Part shown: one piece after another, positions 1-7,906 of the stretch
Position numbering within the stretch: position 1 is the stretch's first letter
Layout: the number at the start of each line of letters is the position of its first letter
The notes under the pieces: model-generated
Seen by the model: the letters and a program-made list of their open reading frames with translations, nothing else
The model's database searches: none
What the model was told of the DNA's origin: nothing
Position numbers and translations under genes: made by a program
Assembly: GCF_006345805.1 (NCBI RefSeq)
Contig: NW_021826805.1
Span: forward strand, 1-12,349
Length of the DNA: 12,349 nucleotides
Direction of reading: 5' to 3'
Source of the DNA: Octopus sinensis
Taxonomy: Eukaryota

Positions 1-19
1 ATTTATGTGTTTACTCCGG

Positions 20-20
<1 letters not shown>

Positions 21-51
<31 letters not shown>

Positions 52-296
52 CGAAACACGTAGTAGTCGAAGCAGGGGCAGCTGAGGGGAATATTCCTTG
101 TGTTGTATGTCTTGTTTCTCTGTTTTTTCGTTCTTTGAAAAATAGTTCGTTTCCATGTTTTTGTTATTATGTATCCGTTTCTCATTGTGTTCGACGTTTT
201 TTTGTGTCCTGTACCCATATATGTGTATATATATACATGTAGAGGTAGGTACGTACATATATGTATGTATGCATATGTTTTATTTATTAACTTATC

Positions 297-327
<31 letters not shown>

Positions 328-365
328 TTACATATAAATACACACACACATATAAATAAATAAAT
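21..365. repeat. (TA)n and (CA)n microsatellites (21-46, ~220-360) flanking a short T-rich repeat fragment
   Basis: Dinucleotide runs seen directly. They explain the low-complexity ORFs 3..383, 155..337 and 169..363. Confidence 0.9.
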
Positions 366-405
366 AGATAGTTGCGTCTGCATATTTTTGTTTGCCTTAC
401 CTCAG

Positions 406-625
406 ATCCCCAAAGCTTGACAACCGGTGTTGGTTTTGTTACGTCCCTGTCATTTGACTGTTCGTCAATAGAAATTTTATAACTGAGTTTTTTTTTTTTG
501 TTTAAGCAAAAAAAGAAGCTCAGAAATACTGGGTGTCATTTTGTCCGACTAAGCCCAACAACTTGATGCACCAGCTTGGCCGCAACCCAGTGAGCAAATT
601 GGATAAAAAAAACATGAGAATAAAA
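406..625 (+). mobile_element. Degenerate 3' half of a tRNA-derived SINE (same family as 8900-9300 and 11777-12180)
   Basis: GCTTGACAACCGGTGTTGG...TACGTCCCTGT...GGCCGCA...GAGAATAAAAA is the reverse complement of the 3' half of the better-preserved minus-strand copies in this window. Confidence 0.7.
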
Positions 626-743
626 AAAGAAGAGTAAAACGTATTTATATATAAGAAAGAATTTGCGCTTTTAAATTTCTTTTTGCTGAATAAAGTATCG
701 ATTAGTTTTGTCTGTATTTGTAACAGGCGGTGCTACAGCATGA

Positions 744-1145
744 TCACAGCTTCCGGTAGTGTTGATATTGGTTAAATGATTACTCAAGAGGTCCATAGTG
801 ACCCCTACGTCTAAGCTTCCCCTTACAGGTCACAGCTTGCGGGTAGCTGTGAGAGGCATTCAACCCCCTACCGCGTAAATTATATAACTCGGGGTTAAAC
901 GACTCTAAGGTAAGTGAAATGTAGAGTAAAGCGGGTGCGCGCATATAAGTGCGTACTTACGGTGGTATGGAAGTAAAAGAAAAAAATTTTAAAAAGTAGT
1001 GAGGGGGGGGAGCGTAGGGTGGGTGGGAAAACACATTCTCCCTCCGCCATCGTTACCACTGCTGCCACCTTCAATAACTCAAATCACCAACGCTGAACTT
1101 TGTGGTGACGTGAACTAAATTTATGTGCACGGGCGCATGCGCGTC
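744..1145. promoter_or_regulatory. CpG-enriched promoter-like segment with opposing splice donors
   Basis: Non-repetitive and rich in CG/GCGC. Contains CTTCCGG (ETS-like, 750-756), CCGCCAT (YY1-like, 1044-1050) and palindromic GCGCATGCGC (NRF1-like, 1133-1142). Donors: AAG|GTAAGT at 910 (+) and ACC|GTAAGT at 960 (-). Motif matches only. Confidence 0.4.
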
Positions 1146-1244
1146 TACTCACACAAGTTTACCTACACGAACGCATGAAATAGTAAATAGTTACAAATCT
1201 ATACACGCTTGTATAGGAAGAATGTATAAATAGATGGATAGGTA

Positions 1245-1263
1245 TTATATATATATCTATATA

Positions 1264-1308
<45 letters not shown>
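1245..1308. repeat. (TA)n microsatellite
   Basis: Seen directly. Confidence 0.95.
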
Positions 1309-1314
<6 letters not shown>

Positions 1315-1560
1315 AATGAGGTAATCAGATCGGATGGTTCATATTTATAGATATTTATTATATATTACATTTTTTACATATATATCTATCATATCATTCA
1401 GATCACATCATTCGGATTATTAGCGCTTTCTCCCAATCAGTGGGGTTTTCAAATCAAATATATATATATATATACATATATTATACATATACGTTTATAT
1501 ATCTATTTTGCAAGATTCCTGATGTGAAATCGTATTTTAGTGACAAAGGAAAGGACACTA

Positions 1561-1615
1561 AAATAATAATTGTAATAATAATAATAATGATATTAATAAT
1601 AGCAATAATGATAAT
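1561..1615 (+). repeat. Degenerate (ATA/TAA)n microsatellite
   Basis: AATAATAATTGTAATAATAATAATAATG...; gives the poly-Ile stretch of ORF 1440..1922. Confidence 0.9.
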
Positions 1616-1870
1616 CATCCATAAAGACGAAAATGAAGCAAAGATGATAGATGTTGCAATAGCAGGCGATTCGAGGGTGAAATGTAAGGAAACAGAAAAT
1701 AGTGAGAAATACCAGCCACTGCGGGACGAGATAGGAAAGTTATGGGGCATGAGGAAAGTAATGGTGATACCAGTGGTAACTGGGGCATTAGGAGCTGCTG
1801 TCAGGCTCGAGGTGATCCAGAAGACAGCATTGTTGGGTACAGAACGCATTCTAAGGAGAAAAATTGTCTC
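1612..1870 (+). mobile_element. 5'-truncated non-LTR retrotransposon fragment: C-terminal restriction-like endonuclease (RLE) domain, R2/R4-Dong/NeSL-type
   Basis: Translation IIHKDENEAKMIDVAIAGDSRVKCKETENSEKYQPLRDEIGKLWGMRKVMVIPVVTGALG...RLEVIQKTALLGTERILRR fits the RLE pattern (IDVAxPxD...EKxEKY..L..E...LW...VIPVVxGALG...IQKxALLGTxxILR). There is an apparent internal deletion after GALGAAV and no RT domain. Confidence 0.85.
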
Positions 1871-2000
1871 TTTGAGTCACGGGAGAAGGCATACCCACAC
1901 ACATATACATACATCTACATAACAGCCCACTAACTGTTCTACCTGTATATATAAAATGTGTGTATATGGATATGACTACTTAGGTAGAATATTTAGTGGG

Positions 2001-2092
2001 CAGCTATGTAGATGTGTGTGTGTGTGTGCGTGTGTGTTTATATGTGTTTATATGTATATGTATGTGTGTATGTGTGTGTGTGTGTGTGTGTG
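2001..2092. repeat. (TG)n/(TA)n microsatellite
   Basis: Seen directly. Confidence 0.9.
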
Positions 2093-2097
2093 CCTTT

Positions 2098-2300
2098 CGG
2101 CCCCACCATTGCCTGACAACCGGTGTTGTTGATTTTGTGTCCGTAACTTAGCGGTTCGGATTAAGAAAATGATAGAATAAGTACTTGGCTCAGAAGGAAA
2201 AGGATTGAGGTGGTTTCGCTCGTCTAAAATTCTTCAAAGCCGTGCTGCAGTATGGCCGCAGTCTAGTGTTTGAAACAAGTAAAAGATTAAAGAATAAGGA
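2098..2300 (+). mobile_element. 3' half of a tRNA-derived SINE
   Basis: TGACAACCGGTGTTG...GTAACTTAGCGGTTCGG...GATAGAATAAGTACT...GGCCGCAGTC...GAAACAAGTAAAAGA matches the other copies in the window. Confidence 0.85.
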
Positions 2301-2301
2301 G

Positions 2302-2520
2302 AATAGGGGTCTTCATGGAATAGGGGATAATGTTTTCAAGAAACAACTTGACCCCCTGCTATCCAAGATTCCATGTGAACCAATATCAAGGAAGGAGATT
2401 CAAAAAGAGCCAGCAGTGTCGAATTCCCTCCTTCACCAAAGCCGATCACATAGAATTGGCTATTTAAGGGGTGATTACACTGGTTGTGCCCAATCATGGC
2501 CACAGCCTTGGGGCTGATAT
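2302..2520 (+). mobile_element. 3' fragment of a LINE ORF2 (CR1/L2-group-like C-terminus) plus 3' UTR
   Basis: RGLHGIGDNVFKKQLDPLLSKIPCEPISRKEIQKEPAVSNSLLHQ resembles the FKxxLDxxLxxIPDxP...SNSL motif at the end of LINE ORF2 proteins. Clade assignment is tentative. Confidence 0.6.
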
Positions 2521-2566
2521 GTGTAAAAGAGTAAAAGATAATGCTTGCAATTGTAATGTAAGCAAG

Positions 2567-2802
2567 GGCGGCGAGGAGCTGGCAGAAACGTTAGCACGCC
2601 GGGCGAAATGCGCAGCCGTATTTCGTCTACCGCTACGTTCTGAGCTCAAATTCCGCCGAGGTCGACTTTGCCTTTCATCCTTTCGGGGTCAATAAATTAA
2701 GTAACAGTTACGCATTGGGGTCGATGTAATCGACTTAATCCGTTTGTCTGTCCTTGTTTGTCCTCTCTGTGTTTAGCCCCTTGTGGGTAGTAAAGAAACA
2801 GA
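2567..2802 (+). mobile_element. tRNA-derived SINE with a CORE-like central domain
   Basis: Head GGCGGCGAGGAGCTGGCAGAAACGTTAGC, B-box-like GAGCTCAAATTCC, CORE-like GTCGACTTTGCCTTTCATCCTTTCGGGGTCAATAAATTAAGTA, A-rich tail. Confidence 0.8.
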
Positions 2803-2870
2803 TACTGCTTACAATTGCGTTGGACATGATATTTACTAAGCGTTGTAAGTGTAACAATTTACGCATCGAC

Positions 2871-3266
2871 AACAAGGGCACTAGAAAGCGCAAACCTCTG
2901 CCAAGGCAACAAGGACGTCCTCTCAACGATTAGCCAGAGACATTTTTTTAAAATGAGAATAGCTGAAATAAACTGAATAAGATGAAATAAACTCGACTGC
3001 TCTCACAAACAAGAACACTAAAAATGAACGCGACCGCTCTCAAAAAAATTAAGTAAAAAACAGAAAAAACAATCCAGAATTCTTGTCCGGTATCGGATCA
3101 ATCCCAAATTCTTATCGGTTTGTGCTAGTCACGAGGATAAACATCTCTGAAAGTTTCATGCGAATCCATCCAGCGCTTCTTAAGATATCTTGTCCACGGA
3201 CAAACAAACAAGCAATCAAACGCGACTGAAAACAATACCTCAGCCCTTCGCTAAGGCGGAAGTAAT
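2871..3266 (+). mobile_element. Non-autonomous Helentron/HINE (DINE-1-like) element
   Basis: 5' subterminal ACCTCTGCCAAGG (2894-2906). Its degenerate complement forms the 3' stem-loop ACCTCAGCCCTT-CGCT-AAGGCGGAAGT (3237-3263). Also AAGTTTCATGCGAATCCATCCAGCG-TTCTTAAGATATC core and (ACAA)n just before the 3' end. Confidence 0.6.
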
Positions 3267-3402
3267 GACAATAACAGCAGCGACAATAATTGTGTTTTTG
3301 TGAATAGTTGCAGTAATGATTACGGCAATAACTATAACTGTAAGTGATAGTTTCAACAATGATAGTGAGCACAAACAGTTTGTAAACTTGAAGGATTGTG
3401 AG

Positions 3403-3405
<3 letters not shown>

Positions 3406-3436
<31 letters not shown>
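3406..3436. repeat. (CT)n microsatellite
   Basis: Seen directly. Confidence 0.95.
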
Positions 3437-3440
<4 letters not shown>

Positions 3441-3648
3441 TCTTTTACTCTTTTACTTGTTTCAGTCATTTGACTGCGGCCATGCTGGAGCATCGCCTTT
3501 AGTCGAGCAAATCGACCCAGGACTTATTCTTTGTAAGCCTAGTACTTATTCTATCGGTCTCTTTTGCCGAACGCTAAGTTACGGGGCGTAAACCACACCA
3601 GCATCCGTTGTCAAGCGATGTTGGGGGGACAAACCCAGACACACAAAC
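3437..3648 (-). mobile_element. 3' half of a tRNA-derived SINE; its 5' half is at 7907-8060 (split element)
   Basis: Near-identical to the 3' halves of the intact copies at 8900-9300 and 11777-12180. It ends at the internal (CA)/(TA) microsatellite. Confidence 0.9.
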
Positions 3649-3718
3649 GTATACACACACATACATATATATATATAATATATTATATATTATATATTAT
3701 ATATATACCACACACCAC

Positions 3719-3759
<41 letters not shown>

Positions 3760-3761
3760 CT
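3649..3761. repeat. (CA)/(TA)n microsatellite, left flank of the array
   Basis: Seen directly. Confidence 0.95.
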
Positions 3762-4026
3762 ATTTAGCAATTAAGGACAACTACTTAATAAGGAAAACTT
3801 AACAAGAAATTGTCAGGTAGATAGCGTAAAAACCTCATAAGAGAAAAAATTTCGAAAATAATTATTTCTTATTGAACATATTAATTTATATATAGAGGGC
3901 ATTATACATACATGCCAGGAGGCATTCTACATACACGCCATACGCTAAGAGGGACAATCAGTCATTTCTACCAAAAATATTACTAATCCCACCGAATGCA
4001 ATTTTTCAAAGAAAGACATTTAAAAA

Positions 4027-4086
4027 TATATAGACCTGTATCACAGTGATTTCATACTTACGTAATCATCAGCAGGCCTGAATATA
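4027..4086 (-). ncRNA. Type I hammerhead ribozyme, copy 1 (core intact; predicted cut between 4039 and 4038)
   Basis: Same motif as 7289-7348, reverse complemented. Confidence 0.8.
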
Positions 4087-4506
4087 CTATAAATGAACAA
4101 CGACCCTGCTTCGCTTAAGCCGATCAGCTAACTGATCAACATCAACGAAGCACATGGGTGGGTTTATATATATACTATATCCGGATGAATGGCAAACTTT
4201 TACGAATTGCATTCGGGAGAGGAAAAGTTTTTTCGGAATATAAAATTTAGCAATTAAGGACAACTATTAATAAGGAAAACTTAACAAGAAATTGTCAGGT
4301 AGATAGCGTAAAAACCTCATAAGAGAAAAAATTTCGAAAATAATTATTCCTATTGAACATATTAATTTATATATAGAGGGCATTATACATACATGCCAGG
4401 AGGCATTCTACATACACGCCATACGCTAAGAGGGACAATCAGTCATTTCTACAAAAATATTACTAATCCCACTGAATGCAATTTTTCAAAGAAAGACATT
4501 TAAAAA

Positions 4507-4565
4507 TATATAGACCTGTATCACAGTGATTTCATACTTAGGTAATCTCAGCAGGCCTGAATATA
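4507..4565 (-). ncRNA. Type I hammerhead ribozyme, copy 2, core damaged
   Basis: The minus strand reads CTGAGA instead of CTGATGA (1-nt deletion) and has a substitution in loop/stem II (plus-strand TTAGGTAA for TTACGTAA). This may be a sequencing error. Confidence 0.55.
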
Positions 4566-4980
4566 CTATAAATAAACAACGACCCTGCTTCGCTTAAGCC
4601 GATCAGCTAACTGATCACATCAACGAAGCACATGGTAGGTTTATATATACTATATCCGGATGAATGGCAAACTTTTACGAATTGCATTTCGGGAGAGGAA
4701 AAGTTTTTTCGGAATAAAAATTTAGCAATTAAGGACAACTACTTAATAAGGAAAACTTAACAAGAAATTGTCAGGTAGATAGCGTAAAAACCTCATAAGA
4801 GAAAAAATTTCGAAAATAATTATTTCTTATTGAACATATAATATATATAGAGGGCATTATACATACATGCCAGGAGGCATTCTACATACACGCCATACGC
4901 TAAGAGGGACAATCAGTCATTTCTACCAAAAATATTACTAATCCCACCGAATGCAATTTTTCAAAGAAAGAATTTAAAAA

Positions 4981-5039
4981 TATATAGACCTGTATCACAG
5001 TGATTTCATACTTACGTAATCATCAGCAGGCCTGATATA
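4981..5039 (-). ncRNA. Type I hammerhead ribozyme, copy 3 (core intact; cut between 4993 and 4992)
   Basis: Same motif, with 1 nt missing in distal stem I. Confidence 0.8.
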
Positions 5040-5460
5040 TACTAAAATAAACAACGACCCTGCTTCGCTTAAGCCGATCAGCTAACTGATCAACATCAAC
5101 GAAGCACATGGGTGGGTTTATATATACTATATCCGGATGAATGGCAAACTTTTACGAATTGCATTCGGGAGAGGAAAAGTTTTTTCGGAATAAAAATTTA
5201 GCAATTAAGGACAACTACTTAATAAGGAAAACTTAACAAGAAATTGTCAGGTAATAGCGTAAAAACCTCATAATATAAAAAATTTCGAAAATAATTATTT
5301 CTTATTGAACATATTAATTTATTATATAGAGGGCATTATACATACATGCCAGGAGGCATTCTACATACACGCCATACGCTAAGAGGGACAATCAGTCATT
5401 TCTACCAAAAATATTACTAATCCCACCGAATGCAATTTTTCAAAGAAAGACATTTAAAAA

Positions 5461-5520
5461 TATATAGACCTGTATCACAGTGATTTCATACTTACGTAAT
5501 CATCAGCAGGCCTGAATATA
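5461..5520 (-). ncRNA. Type I hammerhead ribozyme, copy 4 (intact; cut between 5473 and 5472)
   Basis: Same motif. Confidence 0.8.
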
Positions 5521-5939
5521 CTATAAATAAACAACGACCCTGCTTCGCTTAAGCCGATCAGCTAACTGATCAACATCAACGAAGCACATGGGTGGGTTTA
5601 TATATACTATATCCGGATGAATGGCAAACTTTTACGAATTGCATTCGGGAGAGGAAAAGTTTTTTCGGAATAAAAATTTAGCAATTAAGGACAACTACTT
5701 AATAAGGAAAACTAACAAGAAATTGTCAGGTAGATAGCGTAAAAACCTCATAAGAGAAAAAATTTCGAAAATAATTATTTCTTATTGAACATATTAATTT
5801 ATATATAGAGGGCATTATACATACATGCCAGGAGGCATTCTACATACACGCCATACGCTAAGAGGGACAATCAGTCATTTCTACCAAAAATATTACTAAT
5901 CCCACCGAATGCAATTTTTCAAAGAAAGACATTTAAAAA

Positions 5940-5999
5940 TATATAGACCTGTATCACAGTGATTTCATACTTACGTAATCATCAGCAGGCCTGAATATA
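5940..5999 (-). ncRNA. Type I hammerhead ribozyme, copy 5 (intact; cut between 5952 and 5951)
   Basis: Same motif. Confidence 0.8.
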
Positions 6000-6419
6000 C
6001 TATAAATAAACAACGACCCTGCTTCGCTTAAGCCGATCAGCTAACTGATCAACATCAACGAAGCACATGGGTGGGTTTATATATACTATATCCGGATGAA
6101 TGGCAACTTTTACGAATTGCATTTCGGGAGAGGAAAAGTTTTTTCGGAATAAAAATTTAGCAATTAAGGACAACTACTTAATAAGGAAAACTTAACAAGA
6201 AATTGTCAGGTAGATAGCGTAAAAACCTCATAAGAGAAAAAATTTCGAAAATAATTATTTCTTATTGAACATATTAATTTATATATAGAGGGCATTATAC
6301 ATACATGCCAGGAGGCATTCTACATACACGCCATACGCTAAGAGGGACAATCAGTCATTTCTACCAAAAATATTACTAATCCCACCGAATGCAATTTTTC
6401 AAAGAAAGACATTTAAAAA

Positions 6420-6479
6420 TATATAGACCTGTATCACAGTGATTTCATACTTACGTAATCATCAGCAGGCCTGAATATA
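6420..6479 (-). ncRNA. Type I hammerhead ribozyme, copy 6 (intact; cut between 6432 and 6431)
   Basis: Same motif. Confidence 0.8.
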
Positions 6480-6824
6480 CTATAAATAAACAACGACCCT
6501 GCTTCGCTTAAGCCGCAGCAGCTAACTGATCAACATCAACGAAGCACATGGGTGGGTTTATATATACTATATCCGGATGAATGGCAAAACTTTTACGAAT
6601 TGCATTTCGGGAGAGGAAAAGTTTTTTCGGAATAAAAATTTAGCAATTAAGGACAACTACTTAATAAGGAAAACTTAACAAGAAATTGTCAGGTAGATAG
6701 CGTAAAAACCTCATAAGAGAAAAAATTTCGAAAATAATTATTTCTTATTGAACATATTAATTTATATATAGAGGGCATTATACATACATGCCAGGAGGCA
6801 TTCTACATACACGCCATACGCTAA

Positions 6825-6868
6825 GATGATTACGTAAGTATGAAATCACTGTGATACAGGTCTATATA
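6825..6868 (+). ncRNA. 5'-truncated hammerhead at the inversion junction (inactive as written)
   Basis: Begins at G5 (GATGA...). It lacks C3-U4 and the 5' strand of stem I. Confidence 0.7.
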
Positions 6869-7288
6869 TTTTTAAATGTCTTTCTTTGAAAAATTGCATT
6901 CGGTGGGATTAGTAATATTTTTGGTAGAAATGACTGATTGTCCCTCTTAGCGTATGGCGTGTATGTAGAATGCCTCGTGGCATGTATGTATAATGCCCTC
7001 TATATATAAATTAATATGTTCAATAAGAAATATTATTTTCGAAATTTTTTCTCTTATGAGGTTTTTACGCTATCTACCTGACAATTTCTTGTTAAGTTTT
7101 CCTTATTAAGTAGTTGTCCTTAATTGCTAAATTTTTATTCCGAAAAAACTTTTCCTCTCCCGAAATGCAATTCGTAAAAGTTTGCCATTCATCCGGATAT
7201 AGTATATATAAACCCACCCATGTGCTTCGTTGATGTTGATCAGTTAGCTGATCGGCTTAAGCGAAGCAGGGTCGTTGTTTATTTATAG

Positions 7289-7348
7289 TATATTCAGGCC
7301 TGCTGATGATTACGTAAGTATGAAATCACTGTGATACAGGTCTATATA
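7289..7348 (+). ncRNA. Type I hammerhead ribozyme (intact; predicted cut after A7336)
   Basis: Stem I TATAT-(TC bulge)-AGGCCTG (7289-7302) pairs with CAGGTCT-ATATA (7337-7348). Core CTGATGA 7303-7309. Stem II T-TAC-GTAA-GTA-T 7310-7321 has a GNRA loop. GAAA 7322-7325. Stem III ATCAC-T-GTGAT 7325-7335. AUA cleavage triplet. Confidence 0.8.
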
Positions 7349-7488
7349 TTTTTAAATGTCTTTCTTTGAAAAATTGCATTCGGTGGGATTAGTAATATTT
7401 TTGGTAGAAATGACTGATTGTCCCTCTTAGCGTATGGCGTGTATGTAGAATGCCTCCTGGCATGTATGTATAATGCCCTCTATATATA

Positions 7489-7512
7489 TATAATATATAT
7501 ATATATATAATA

Positions 7513-7570
<58 letters not shown>
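7489..7570. repeat. (TA)n(TG)n microsatellite, right flank of the array
   Basis: Seen directly. Confidence 0.95.
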
Positions 7571-7879
7571 GAGGCGCAATGGCCCAGTGGTTAGGGCATC
7601 GGACTCGCGGTCGTAGGATCGCGGTTTCGATTCCCAGACCCGGCGTTGTGAGTGTTTATTGAGCGAAAACACCTAAAGTTCCACGAGGCTCCGGCAGGGG
7701 GTGGCGATCCCTGCTGTACTCTTTCGCCACAACTTTCTCTCACTCTTTCTTCTGTTGGCCTGCTCGCTTAGCCAGCGGGGTGGCATCATTTGAAGGCTAA
7801 AAAACAATGCGAAGCGCATTGTGACCAGCGATGTGTAGCAACATCTTATAGCGTGGTCGGTCACGGTGATCACGGTGAT
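7570..7879 (+). mobile_element. Full-length tRNA-derived SINE (second family)
   Basis: A box TGGCCCAGTGG 7580-7590, B box GGTTTCGATTCC 7623-7634, 3' tandem TCACGGTGA x2 (7861-7878). Confidence 0.85.
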
Positions 7880-7906
7880 ATATATGTATATATATATATA
7901 CATTTA

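Larger units (their letters stand above)
3762..6826 (-). mobile_element. Tandem array of a ~480-bp HHR-containing unit (6 full + 0.4 copy): candidate non-LTR retrozyme family 1
   Basis: Units start (TTTAGCAATTAAGG) at 3763, 4246, 4721, 5197, 5677, 6156 and 6639. Copies are near-identical and differ mostly by 1-nt indels. Each full unit carries one type I hammerhead on the minus strand. Confidence 0.85.
6825..7488 (+). mobile_element. Inverted segment (~1.4 units) of the same 480-bp repeat
   Basis: Reverse complement of the unit from GATGATTACGTAAG to GCCCTCTATATATA. The junction CTAA-GA-TGATTAC shares a 2-nt GA microhomology. Confidence 0.95.

Noticed and set aside
47-70. CCTTCGAAACACGTAG as the 3' half of another minimal hammerhead
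   Set aside because: No CUGANGA half or stem I is present; the upstream sequence is (TA)n. Too little to call.
783-805. Minus-strand GGGGTCACTATGGACCTCTTGAG resembling the 28S rRNA R2 target region
   Set aside because: Short, gapped similarity with no flanking rDNA sequence.
7238-7274. Similarity to 5S rRNA (GATC...CTGATC...AAGCAGGGTCG), suggesting a 5S array
   Set aside because: Only ~11 nt match exactly, and to the vertebrate-type sequence as I recall it. Box C and both 5S termini are absent, and the bases are explained by the unit's own hairpin.
3762-7488. Array as a CRISPR locus, a coding repeat or a plain satellite
   Set aside because: There are no unique spacers and no ORF of 60 aa or more within the unit. 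The ribozyme motif and nested RNA pairing argue against a featureless satellite.
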